Source of the DNA: Eledone cirrhosa
Taxonomy: Eukaryota
Direction: 5' to 3'
NCBI GenBank assembly: GCA_964016885.1
Contig: OZ024740.1
Span: forward strand, 254,820,001-254,884,000
DNA: 64,000 nt
The translations under genes were made by a program, and so were the position numbers. The notes below the pieces were generated by a model. The model was not told the DNA's origin. It made no database searches and worked only from the letters and a program-made list of their open reading frames with translations. Positions 43,531 to 55,065 of the stretch are shown one piece after another; position 1 is the stretch's first letter; every line of letters starts with the position of its first letter.

Positions 43531-46500
43531 ATCATCATCATCATCATCACCGTTTTACGTCCGTTCTTCCACGCTAGCATGGGTTAGACGGGTTGTCCTG
43601 TTGTGGGCAGTGTCTGGTCGGCTGACCATGCCTTGCTCATACAGGAACTGATCTGGCTTGATTTCTACAGCTGGATGCCCTTCCTAACACCAACCTCATT
43701 TACAGTGAGTGCTGGGTGCTTTTTCGTGGCGCCTACACGTCCACTTTACAGTGTGGGCTGGGTGCTTTTTTGCCGTGGCACCTCCACGACCACCTTGCGG
43801 TGGGGGGGGGGGGGGGGGCATATTGTTTATATGCTTCAGCATGTACCCATGGGAGGTCGGGTACCCTGTATTACTGCGTGACGCCAGAAGTCACGGTCGT
43901 GTGTCATTGACTTTGAGAGGTGTAGTTGGGTAAGGTCGGCTTTTATCACCTCATCCCAAGTCATCTTGGGTCTCCCCACTCCGCGGTTTCCATCAACTTC
44001 TAGTGCTCTGCACCTTTTTATGCAGCTGTCATCCTTCATACGCATCACATGTCCATACCAGCGTAACCGCCTCTCCTGCACGCAGCATTTGATTCCTCTT
44101 ATGCTCAGTCTCTCTCTCAATTCATTTATGCTTTGTCGTTCACGTATATTACTGTTACACATCCATCGGAGCATGCAGGCTTCGTTTCTCTCTAATCTAC
44201 GTAAGTCTTCCACCTTCAGCGCCCAGGTCTCACTACCATGCAACATCGCTGTTCGGATACACGCATCATACAGTCTGCCTTTCATTCTGAGGGAGAAGCC
44301 TTTTGCAGCTAGCAGTGGTAGTAGTTCCCTAAACTTCTTCCATCCCGTTCTTACCCTAGTTATTGTACTTTCTGAGCACCCACCTCCGTTGCTAATTCGG
44401 TCACCTAGGTAGCAGAAGCTGTCTACTGTTTCTACAGGGCCCTCCCAGAGATTGGTGGTACTTGTTTCCTGTGGCTGTTTGCTTGCTGTTTCAGCACAGC
44501 TGCTGCATGTGAATCCTACATTCTTAATTAAGCTTCCTGAGATCCCGCTACATCTCTTGTGTACCCATTGTTTGCATTTGGGGCAAAGAATGGAGTTCCT
44601 ACCTACACCTTTCCTACATACTGAGCAAGGCCATTTCCCTGAGGAGATCTGGGTTCTGTTTTCTCGTCTACTTATAAGGACCTTAGTCTTTGTCATGTTG
44701 ACTTTGAGGCCCTTTCTCTCTAGTCCCTGCTTCCAGGTTTGGAATTTATTCTCTAGTTCTACCATAGATTCAGCTATGAGTGCGAGGTCATCAGCATACA
44801 GGAGTTCCCATGGGCATCCGGTCTTAAACTCCTCCGTTATTGCCTGCAGGACTATGATGAACAGGAGAGGGCTAAGAACAGAGCCCTGGTGGACCCCAAC
44901 CTGTACGCTAAATTCCTCGCTATACTCATTGCCAATCCTAACTTTGCTGACTGCTCCCCTATACATGGCTTGTACCGCTTTCACAAGCCATTCATCTACT
45001 CCTAGTTTTCTAAGAGCCCACCAGATTACTGCACGTGGAACTCTGTCAAAGGCTTTCTCAAGGTCGACAAATGCCAAGTAGAGTGGCTTACTTTTAGCTA
45101 GGTACTTTTCCTGTAATTGCCTCACAAGGAAGAGCGCATCAGTGGTGCCTTTCCCTGGAACAAACCCAAATTGCATCTCGTCTATATTCACCCGGTCCCT
45201 AATCAGCTGTGCTATAACTCTTTCTGTTACTTTCATGACCTGGTCCATCAACTTTATACCTCTATAGTTTCCTCTATCTAGTGCATCGCCTTTACCTTTG
45301 TAGCAGTTGACAATGATGCTACTGCACCAATCTTTTGGTATGGCCCCCTCTAGTATTACCTGGTTAACGATACGTGTGGTTATAGTGTGACCTACAGACC
45401 CAGATGCCTTCAGCATCTCGGCAGCTATACCCGATGGACCGGTTGCCTTCCCTATCTTCATATCTCTGATTGCCTTACTTACTACGCTGCCGCTGACTTG
45501 TACTGCTGGTCCCTCTATAGGGTCTACGTGGGGTAGGGTCTCTTCTTCCCATGCATTCTCCTCATTTAGTAATCTATCATAATGACTCTTCCATGCATCT
45601 TTCTTCTCAGCACTTGTGAGGGCAAGCTCACCTTTATCATTCCGGATACACTTCTCTCCAATGACATCACAACTATCTCTGACACACTGCCTCGCAATCT
45701 TGAATACCTCCTGTTTCTGGTCCTCACGTTGTAAAACATGCTTGAATTTTCTATCCTCTGCTTCCCTCCTAGCTAAGTATACTTGTCGCCTAGCTTCCCT
45801 CTTGGTCTCTATGTAATGTACCCTGCTCCCCCCGTTCTTCCATTCTTTCCATGCCTGTCTCTTGGCCTTGACTGCTTCATCTACCTTATTGTTCCACCAC
45901 CAAGTCACTCTCCTCCTGCTTGAGGTCTTACTCCAGCCACAAACCTCATCCGTCGCCTCTAGTAAGTTATTTTTTAGGAACTCCCAGTTCTCTTCTACGT
46001 TAAATGTCTCTATCTGTTCTTCTTTACTGTCGTAGGCGTTGAGTAAAATATCTTTAAATCTGTTACTGGTTGAGGGGACTTTCAGCTTCCAGATCTTTCT
46101 TCTCCAGGTTGGCCTCTGTTTCAGGGCTCGTCTAGTTCTGACCGTGAGGTCGCTGACAACTAAGCTATGTTGGGATGTACATTCCTCACTAGGGAAGGCT
46201 TTTGTGTTTACGACCGTCCATCTGTCACGTCCTCTGATGAGGATAAAATCTAACTGACTAGAGTGCTCCCCTGATCTATAGGTGATCAGGTGGTTGTCGG
46301 GTTTTTTAAAGTTTGTGTTACATATCGACATGTCATTGGCGTCGCAGAATTCTAGAAGTCTGAATCCTTCCTCATTCCTTGTGCCAACTCCATGGCCTCC
46401 ATGTACTCTATTGAAGCCGTCGCAGTGTTTACCTACGTGTCCGTTAAAATCTCCTGCAATGATTAGGAAGTCCTTGTCGTCTGTTAGAGCAGTAGTGTGT

Positions 46501-47199
46501 ATTAGGGACTCGTAAAACCTATCCTTAAGTTCGTCTGGCAGCCCCGATTGGGGTGCGTAAGCTGATATTATTGTGGTAATTGTCTTATTCAGGACTAGTC
46601 TGAGTTTAATGATTCTTGCATTTACCCTGTACACTGAGATTACTTTATCTACCCACTTGTCAGCTAATAGTATACCTACACCACCCATCCCATCGTCATT
46701 TCCCACCCAGAAAAATTTGTAGCACTGGCTTTTTCCTACAAGGACTCTAGCAGACCCTCCTCTCCATCTAGTCTCTTGCACACAGCATACATCAACTTCC
46801 TTTCGCTCTAGCATTTCTACGATTTCTCCTGCTCTTCCTTTCATTGAGCCTACATTGATGGTACCAACTCGGAGTTTTGGGCATTTGTCGACGCTCGTAG
46901 GGGAGGGTCTCTGGGTTGGCGCTTCACGTGGGTGCTTGGTAGCTCGCAGATTCATATTTCATCTATTGATTCAGAGTTGCTCGTGTATTCCCAGCTCATC
47001 CATCCCTAACGGTGGGAAAATTGAGGGCTAGAAGGACAGTGGTGGTGGGGTAATGGCAGGGTGTGTTGGGATGCGCCAGAGGAGGAGAGAGTTAGTTAGG
47101 CAGGTAGTAGCAGCAGCAGCAGTGGAAATGGCATGCTAGGTTTGATTGGTCGAATAGACTATGGTGGTGTGTGGGGGTGGGGGGGAGGGAAATTGTGAG
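43531..47199 (-). mobile_element. Apparently full-length RTE LINE family A
   Basis: Intact ORF, 3' UTR and (TGA)n tail; the 5' boundary is uncertain and may include the upstream array. Confidence 0.9.
43836..46955 (-). CDS. LINE ORF: APE endonuclease, reverse transcriptase and PHD-like finger (1039 aa)
   Basis: GTINV, VQETRW, SAYAP, GDFNGH, LDFIL and SQH motifs (APE); QFGF, DLEKAFD, QGSVLSP and YADD motifs (RT); no stops. Confidence 0.95.
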   Translation of the reverse strand: MNLRATKHPREAPTQRPSPTSVDKCPKLRVGTINVGSMKGRAGEIVEMLERKEVDVCCVQETRWRGGSARVLVGKSQCYKFFWVGNDDGMGGVGILLADKWVDKVISVYRVNARIIKLRLVLNKTITTIISAYAPQSGLPDELKDRFYESLIHTTALTDDKDFLIIAGDFNGHVGKHCDGFNRVHGGHGVGTRNEEGFRLLEFCDANDMSICNTNFKKPDNHLITYRSGEHSSQLDFILIRGRDRWTVVNTKAFPSEECTSQHSLVVSDLTVRTRRALKQRPTWRRKIWKLKVPSTSNRFKDILLNAYDSKEEQIETFNVEENWEFLKNNLLEATDEVCGWSKTSSRRRVTWWWNNKVDEAVKAKRQAWKEWKNGGSRVHYIETKREARRQVYLARREAEDRKFKHVLQREDQKQEVFKIARQCVRDSCDVIGEKCIRNDKGELALTSAEKKDAWKSHYDRLLNEENAWEEETLPHVDPIEGPAVQVSGSVVSKAIRDMKIGKATGPSGIAAEMLKASGSVGHTITTRIVNQVILEGAIPKDWCSSIIVNCYKGKGDALDRGNYRGIKLMDQVMKVTERVIAQLIRDRVNIDEMQFGFVPGKGTTDALFLVRQLQEKYLAKSKPLYLAFVDLEKAFDRVPRAVIWWALRKLGVDEWLVKAVQAMYRGAVSKVRIGNEYSEEFSVQVGVHQGSVLSPLLFIIVLQAITEEFKTGCPWELLYADDLALIAESMVELENKFQTWKQGLERKGLKVNMTKTKVLISRRENRTQISSGKWPCSVCRKGVGRNSILCPKCKQWVHKRCSGISGSLIKNVGFTCSSCAETASKQPQETSTTNLWEGPVETVDSFCYLGDRISNGGGCSESTITRVRTGWKKFRELLPLLAAKGFSLRMKGRLYDACIRTAMLHGSETWALKVEDLRRLERNEACMLRWMCNSNIRERQSINELRERLSIRGIKCCVQERRLRWYGHVMRMKDDSCIKRCRALEVDGNRGVGRPKMTWDEVIKADLTQLHLSKSMTHDRDFWRHAVIQGTRPPMGTC

Positions 47200-49177
47200 G
47201 TAGGAACTGAGGGTCGCATGGTAAATATCCAAGTTAATACTACATCAGTAAAATTAACAATAATAACGTCATGAAAAAAGCTACTAAGAGAAACCCTCGA
47301 AAATTTATCGCTAATACAGCAGGGAAAATTTAACGCTAATACAGCAGGGAACATCATAATATTAACGACATGAAAAAGCTACTAAGAGAAACCCTCGAAA
47401 ATTTATCGCTAATACAGCAGGGAAAATTTAACGCTAATACAGCAGGGAACATCATAATATTAACGACATGAAAAAGCTACTAAGAGAAACCCTCGAAAAT
47501 TTATCGCTAATACAGCAGGGAAAATTTAACGCTAATACAGCAGGGAACATCATAATATTAACGACATGAAAAAGCTACTAAGAGAAACCCTCGAAAATTT
47601 ATCGCTAATACAGCAGGGAAAATTTAACGCTAATACAGCAGGGAACATCATAATATTAACGACAATATGTAGGCTAAAATACCTTCGTAGATTAGGTGGA
47701 TGGCTGGCTGGGAAAATTTGAATCAGCTCAGTGGTACATTTTAGCAGAGAAGAATGGCAAAGTGTCTTATCTCTTCAATATTTTCAGATTGAATGAATTA
47801 GGTTAAAGACAGGGTAGTAAGCCTTAAAGAAGTGCATAGAGGGGGGGGGGGGGGGTAGGAACTGAGGGTCGCATGGTAAATAACTGAGAGAGATACAATA
47901 GGATTAGAATACCGCATGGTAAATATCCAAGTTAATAAGTTAATACTACATCAGTAAAATTAACAATAATAACGTCATGAAAAAAGCTACTAAGAGAAAC
48001 CCTCGAAAATTTATCGCTAATACAGCAGAGAAAATTTAACGCTAATACAGCAGGGAACATCATAATATTAACGACATGAAAAAGCTACTAAGAGAAACCC
48101 TCGAAAATTTATCGCTAATACAGCAGGGAAAATTTAACGCTAATACAGCAGGGAACATCATAATATTAACGACATGAAAAAGCTACTAAGAGAAACCCTC
48201 GAAAATTTATCGCTAATACAGCAGGGAAAATTTAACGCTAATACAGCAGGGAACATCATAATATTAACGACATGAAAAAGCTACTAAGAGAAACCCTCGA
48301 AAATTTATCGCTAATACAGCAGGGAAAATTTAACGCTAATACAGCAGGGAACATCATAATATTAACGACAATATGTAGGCTAAAATACCTTCGTAGATTA
48401 GGTGGATGGCTGGCTGGGAAAATTTGAATCAGCTCAGTGGTACATTTTAGCAGAGAAGAATGGCAAAGTGTCTTATCTCTTCAATATTTTCAGATTGAAT
48501 GAATTAGGTTAAAGACAGGGTAGTAAGCCTTAAAGAAGTGCATAGAGGGGGGGGGGGGGGGTAGGAACTGAGGGTCGCATGGTAAATAACTGAGAGAGAT
48601 ACAATAGGATTAGAATACCGCATGGTAAATATCCAAGTTAATAAGTTAATACTACATCAGTAAAATTAACAATAATAACGTCATGAAAAAAGCTACTAAG
48701 AGAAACCCTCGAAAATTTATCGCTAATACAGCAGGGAAAATTTAACGCTAATACAGCAGGGAACATCATAATATTAACGACATGAAAAAGCTACTAAGAG
48801 AAACCCTCGAAAATTTATCGCTAATACAGCAGGGAAAATTTAACGCTAATACAGCAGGGAACATCATAATATTAACGACATGAAAAAGCTACTAAGAGAA
48901 ACCCTCGAAAATTTATCGCTAATACAGCAGGGAAAATTTAACGCTAATACAGCAGGGAACATCATAATATTAACGACATGAAAAAGCTACTAAGAGAAAC
49001 CCTCGAAAATTTATCGCTAATACAGCAGGGAAAATTTAACGCTAATACAGCAGGGAACATCATAATATTAACGACAATATGTAGGCTAAAATACCTTCGT
49101 AGATTAGGTGGATGGCTGGCTGGGAAAATTTGAATCAGCTCAGTGGTACATTTTAGCAGAGAAGAATGGCAAAGTGT
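47200..49177. repeat. Nested tandem array: 706-bp unit x~2.8, each with 4x98 bp, each with 2x25 bp
   Basis: 98-bp starts at 47369, 47467 and 47565; the 706-bp period is seen at 47856 and 48562; sub-repeat aaaattta(t/a)cgctaatacagcaggg. Confidence 0.95.
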
Positions 49178-49212
49178 ATATATATATGTGTATATATATA
49201 TATATGTATATA

Positions 49213-49261
<49 letters not shown>

Positions 49262-49346
49262 ATATGTATATATATATGTATATATATATGTATATATGTA
49301 TATATATATGTATATATGTATATGTATATATGTATATATAAATATG

Positions 49347-49411
<65 letters not shown>

Positions 49412-49496
49412 ATATATATATGTGTGTATATATATATATGTGTATATATATATATGTGTATATATATATATATATGTGTATATATATATATATGTG

Positions 49497-49529
<33 letters not shown>

Positions 49530-49552
49530 GTGTATATATATATGTATATGTG

Positions 49553-49585
<33 letters not shown>

Positions 49586-49882
49586 GTGTATATATATATG
49601 TATATATATGTATATATATATATATATATATGTGTATATATATATGTATATATATGTATATATATAGTATTTACGTATCGAGAAAGAGAGAAAAAAAGGA
49701 GGGATAGGTGATACATATAGTTATTTGCCAAGTAGCGTATGCCAAAGGTGCTCGATACTAGTGCCGGCAGTATTAAATATTCGAGGTGTTAATATTTAGT
49801 GGACTAGAGAGTTAGCAGAGCGTAAGCACGTGGGAAAGTGAAAAATCGGAGAATAGACCGTTAAAACATGTTTATTTAAAAT

Positions 49883-49925
49883 ATCACCTACGTACGTTTC
49901 GCCCAGTTGGGCTTCTCAAGGGCAT
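49883..49925 (-). ncRNA. Minimal hammerhead ribozyme, U3/A8 variant
   Basis: Reverse complement: ATGCCC-TTGAGAA-GCCC aact GGGC-GAAA-CGTACG-TA-GGTGAT. Helix I is weak. It lies 3' of the PLE ORF at 50175. Confidence 0.7.
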
Positions 49926-50174
49926 AAACAATCACAAGTGTTCCTTATATAGTTCGGAAAGAGTTTTGGGGGCTAAATCCACATCAAGATTCATTGCTCG
50001 CAAAAATATCTTGTTTTGATTTTGCAGCAGGTCAAGGGAGGTAACTTTGGCCGGTGTTAGGGCAGTCTTTCCCGGATAATTTTTGGTATGCAGGGATTGT
50101 TTTCTGGGTGTTACTTTGCTGCGCCTGCCCGCCGGGGTGTTAAGACTTGTTGGAGGGAGATCCAGTGTGCTATT

Positions 50175-51370
50175 TCACTCCTCATTCTTAACCCATCTAA
50201 AGAAGGATATTTTTAAGCGATGTGTACAACTTATCGCTGTTTCAGCTCTGCTGTTGATGAGTTCGTGGGGTGCAGTTATGATGTGGTAGAGCTCCATGAG
50301 GCAAAGATTGCATTTCCTCTTGAAGTTGTACGGTGCAGCCCTGTCGACAATCTCCCAGTGCGTGGAGAAGCTGATGTTTAAGTCTTTTAGTGATGTGATG
50401 TAGTCCGCGAGCGAGGTGGAGTGCCTTAGTTTTCTATTTGTGAAAGAGTGGAGATGTGTTCGAAACCTAATTTTGAACGGGCCGGAGGTGGCCCCTATAT
50501 AATGTTTAACGCTATTGTGGCTAGTAATAGTGCATCTATATATAACCCTATCGGTCAAGCAGTATCCTCTAAGGGGGCACCGTCCTCTGTCGCAGCAGTT
50601 GCACTTTCTGTCGCTGTTCCGTCTATTTCCCACGATAAGGCTATCATTGTTGCTGCCTACGTTGCTAGCTGCGCTACCGCAGCTGTCGTTAGCACAATTA
50701 CAACCCACAGCACGCGGGATGGTGCGATTGTTATTCCGCACGCCATGTTTTGCATGCTCCCCAGTCACTTCGCGGTCATTCTGGTTGCGTCTGCGGATGC
50801 CGTTGCCAACCCTATTGGATGCTGTCAGGGAGTTGTTAAGGCCGATACAGTTATTGTCAGGTGTAGGTGCGTCTGCGTCGAGGTGCTGTGTCTTGGTGAT
50901 CTTACTGTGGTTCGTTGTTCCTATGATGTCTGCTAGGTTAGGAGTAGTAGAGAAGGATATTTTTATATTGTTCCTATTAAGAATTTTTCTATACCTATGG
51001 TTGGGTGGGAAGTTCTTCTCTAAGGCTTCGAAGAATATCCGGGGTATGTTGGAGGCCACACTTCGAGAGTAGGGGGGGTGGAACCATAGGACGTTACGGT
51101 GGCGATTACGTGTCCTTGTACTTTTGCTACGGGTGGTTCCATCTAAGTGGTCGCTCTTATGTGTGTTAATGCGCTGTCGCCCGTTCGGTGCCCCTTTCAC
51201 TTTATGCTCGGGTGCACTCTTCCTACCACTTCCATGTTTATGTACACGAAGATGTTGGTTGGAAGGCGTTGGTAGTAGGCCGTCGCCTTTGTTGGTTTTG
51301 TAATAGGGGAATAGTTTGAGTAATCTACAGTATTCACTGTCGCCGGGGACGTGATCTTTGGTGCGGTTAT
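50175..51370 (-). mobile_element. Penelope-like element 3' part (GIY-YIG)
   Basis: WFHPPYS, ISFSTTPN, CNC..CPL..C, VIYRC..YIGAT..FK.R..H and CNLC..E motifs. Confidence 0.88.
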
Positions 51371-51422
51371 CTATTCTATTATATATATATATATATGTGT
51401 GTATATGTGTATATATATATAT

Positions 51423-53500
51423 ATCATCATCATCATCATCATCGTTTAACGTCCATGTTCCACGCTTGCATGGGTTTGGACGGGGGTTTTCCCACTTGAG
51501 GCAAGAGTGGTTGTCTTGCTCGCATAGGACTATCTGGCGGGTTTTCTACAGCTGGATGCCCTTCCTAACACCAACCACATTTACAGTGTGGGGCTGGGAG
51601 GTTTTTACCGTGTTGCCTACACGGCCACATTACAGCGTGGACTGTCTGGCGTGTTTTCTACAGCTGGATGCCCTTCCTAACACCAACCACATTTACAGTG
51701 TGGGACTGGGAGGTTTTTACCGTGTTGCCTACACAGCCACATTACAGCGTGGACTGTGTGTTTTTTGTTGTGACACCTACACGATCTCATTTGTTTCGGC
51801 CTGGATGTTGTGGCACCAACATAACTTTGCATTGAAAGGGGCGGTGTGGATGGGGTGGGGGTGGTGGGACGGGGGTGTATTTTGTTAGAGATGCCTACTA
51901 ACTGTAGTAGGTTTTACTTTGTATTTAGGTAAGGCGGGTCTTCTCTGTTACTGAGTACCGCCAAAGATCTCGGTCCAGTGACATTGTCTTGGAGAGGTGT
52001 AAGCGTGTGAGGTCGGAATTTATCAGCTCGTCCCATGTTTTTCTGGGTCTGCCTACTCCGTGGCTACCGTCTATTTTTATCGCCCTGCACTTTTTTATAC
52101 AGCTGTCGTCTTTCATGCGCATCACGTGACCGTACCAACGTAGTCTTCTCTCGAGTAAACAACATCTGATCCCTCTTATTCCTAATTTCTTCCTTAGTTT
52201 GTTTATGCTTTGCCGTTCACGTATATTATTATTACACATCCAACGGAGCATGCAAGCTTCGTTCCTCTCCAGTCTGCGTATATCGTCTGCACACAATGCC
52301 CAGGTCTCACTGCCATGTAACATTGCTGTTCGTATGCAGGCATCATAGAGCTTGCCTTTCATTTTTAGAGAGAACCCTTTAGCGGCCAATAGTGGTATAA
52401 GCTCTCTGAACTTTTTCCATCCCGTTCTGACTCTAGCTACTGTACTTTCAGAGCACCCTTCCCCACTGCTGATTTTGTCACCCAGGTAACGGAAGGTGTC
52501 CACTATTTCTATAGTACCATCTGTGCAATGGAATAAGCTAGTATTCTGTGGGCACTTGCTGCTACTTATTGCACCTTAGCACTGGCCACATATAAAATCT
52601 ATATTCTTAGTTAGCTTACCTGTGAACCCACTACATCTTTTATGCACCCATACTTTGCATTTGGGACATAAAATGGAGTTTCTGCCTACACACTGAGCAT
52701 GGCCATTTCCCAGAGAGGACCAGTGCCCTATTTTCCTTCCTACATACTAGAATTTTAGTCTTAGACAAGTTAACTTTAAGGCCTTTTCATTCTAGGCCAT
52801 GCTTCCATGTTTGGAATTTCTTCTCTAGTTCAGCCATCGATTCAGCTATGAGCGTTAGATCATCTGCTTATAGAAGTTCCCATGGGCAGCCGGTCATGAA
52901 CTCCTCTGTTATAGCCTGAAGGGCAATAATAAATAAGAGGGGGCTAAGGACAGAGCCTCGATGAACGCCAACTTTTACACTAAATTCTTCACAATATTCA
53001 TTGTTATTTCTAACCTTACTGACTGTTTCATTATACATAGCTTGTATAGCTCTCACAAGCCATTCGTCAACACCTAGTTTTCTAAGAGCCCATCATATAA
53101 TCGAGCGGGGGACTCTGTCAAATGCTTTCTCCAAGTCGTACAAGGAAATAAGCGTCTGTGGTACTTTTACCTTACACAAACCCAAACTGACTGCATTTCA
53201 TCTAGATCAATTCGCTCTCTGATTAGTTGCGCTATAATTCTTTCTGTGTCAATTCATGACCTGGTCAATTAATTTAATGCCTCTATAGTTTCCCCTATCT
53301 AGGGCATCTCCTTTAGCCTTGTAGCAGTTAATGATGATGCTGTTATGCCAGTCATTTTGTATGACCCATTCTGTATGACTTGATTTACTATCCCGGTGAC
53401 CATAATGTGTCCCACCGATCCAGATGCTTTCAGCATTTCAGCAACTATCTCCGAAGGCCCAGCTGCTTTGCCTGTCTCCATATCTTTGATTGCCTTACTT
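51423..53500 (-). mobile_element. RTE family C fragment, degenerate, with a ~118-bp duplication in the 3' UTR
   Basis: ORFs 51925..52503 and 52868..53056; homologous to 36728-37992. Confidence 0.88.
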
Positions 53501-53767
53501 ATTATACTATATATATATATATGTATATATGTGTGTATATATATATATATACATATACACATATATATATATATATATGAAAACTGGGAGAAAGAGACGA
53601 TTATTAGGAAGAAAAATATATTTTTTCCCTTTTTTTATTTCTCTCTCTCTTTTTTCTGGGTTAGAAAATGATTAAAACGAAATGTTTTACTTTGTGTGAA
53701 GTGTTAAGGTATTAGTTGATTTATTTATTATTTAACAATGGCATTTATATATCTATTTATATATTTA

Positions 53768-53808
53768 ATAATTACCGGTTTCAGCATTTTTATGCATTAT
53801 CTAATGAT
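53768..53808 (-). ncRNA. Degenerate hammerhead motif
   Basis: Reverse complement: ATCAT-TAGATAA-tGCAT aaaa ATGCt-GAAA-CCGG-TA-ATTAT. Confidence 0.5.
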
Positions 53809-54034
53809 AGTGATATGTATTAGTGTGGTGTTGCACATGTTAAGGAGAAGGTGCAGAAAGAATAATGTTATTTACAAACAAGGTTTATGAAGTAAAAGGA
53901 AAAAACGGGCGTAATATAGAGCATAAAAAGTCAATGTGAAAGAAAAAATAATGTTGTTTACAGGCATAGTTCTTGAAGTTAAGCAGATCAAAATGTGTTA
54001 ATATAGCAAGAGTGCTTAGTTGATCCATGATTTC

Positions 54035-55060
54035 ATGATGGGAACTGATTTTTTTGCCGTGGTACCTACACGACCACTTTATAGCGTGGGATGGGTGCTT
54101 TTTTGTTGTGACACCTCCATGACCACTTTGCAGTGGGAAGGATGGGGGCATATTGTCTATATGCTCCAGCTTCAGCTTGTTCCTTTGGGAAGTCAGGTCT
54201 TCTGTATTACTGCCTTTCACCAGAAGTCACGGTCCTGTGTCATCGCTGTTGAGATGTGCAATTGGGCAAGGTCCACTTTTATCACCTCATGCCAGGTCGT
54301 CTTGGGTCTCCCCACTCCATGACTCCATCAACTTTTTATGCAGCTGTCATCCTTCATACGCATCACATGTCCATACCAACGCATCGTCCTCTCCTGCACA
54401 CAGCATTTGATTTCTCTTATACTCAGTCTCTCTCTCAATTCGTTTATACTTTGCTGTTCGCGTATATTACTATTACACATCCATCGGAGCATGCAGGCTT
54501 CGTTTCTTTCTAATCTACGCAAGTCCAGTTCTCACTACCACAGCGCCCAGTTCTCACTACCATGAAACATTGCTGTTCGTATGCATGCATCATACAATCT
54601 GCCTTTCATTTTGAGGGAAAAACCTTTTGAAGCTAGCAGTGGTAGTAGCTCCCTGAACTTCTTCCATCCCGTTCTTACCCTAGTTATTGTACTTTCCGAA
54701 CACCCACCTCTGCTGTTAATTCGGTCACCTAAGTAACAGAAGCTGTCTACTGTTTCTACAGAGCCCTCCCAGAATTTGGTGGTACTTGTTTCATGTGGCT
54801 ATTTGCTGCTTACTGTCTCGCTGCTTACTGCTACGTGTAAAGCCTACATTCCTAACTAAGCTTCCTGAGATCCCACCACATCTCTTGTGTACCCATAGTT
54901 TGCATTTGGGGCAGAGGATGGAATTCCTACCTACACCTTTTCTACATACTGAGCAAGGCCATTTCCCTGAGGGGATATGGGTTCTGTTTTCTTTTTCTAC
55001 TACGAGGACCTTAGTCTTTGTGTGGTTGACTTTGAGACCCCTTCTTTCTAGTCTCTGCTG
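54035..55060 (-). mobile_element. Older RTE family A-like fragment
   Basis: Diverged, frameshifted homology to 43750-44730. Confidence 0.85.
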
Positions 55061-55065
55061 ATATA

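Noticed and set aside
43966-46515. Antisense ORFs over LINE coding regions (also 15924, 16593, 37176)
   Set aside because: They are shadow frames of the RT ORF with no independent motifs.
46956-47200. HDV-like ribozyme, as found at some RTE 5' ends
   Set aside because: No nested double-pseudoknot pattern could be identified by eye.
47270-49075. Regular array resembling CRISPR
   Set aside because: The units are identical end to end with no unique spacers, there are no cas genes, and the context is eukaryotic.
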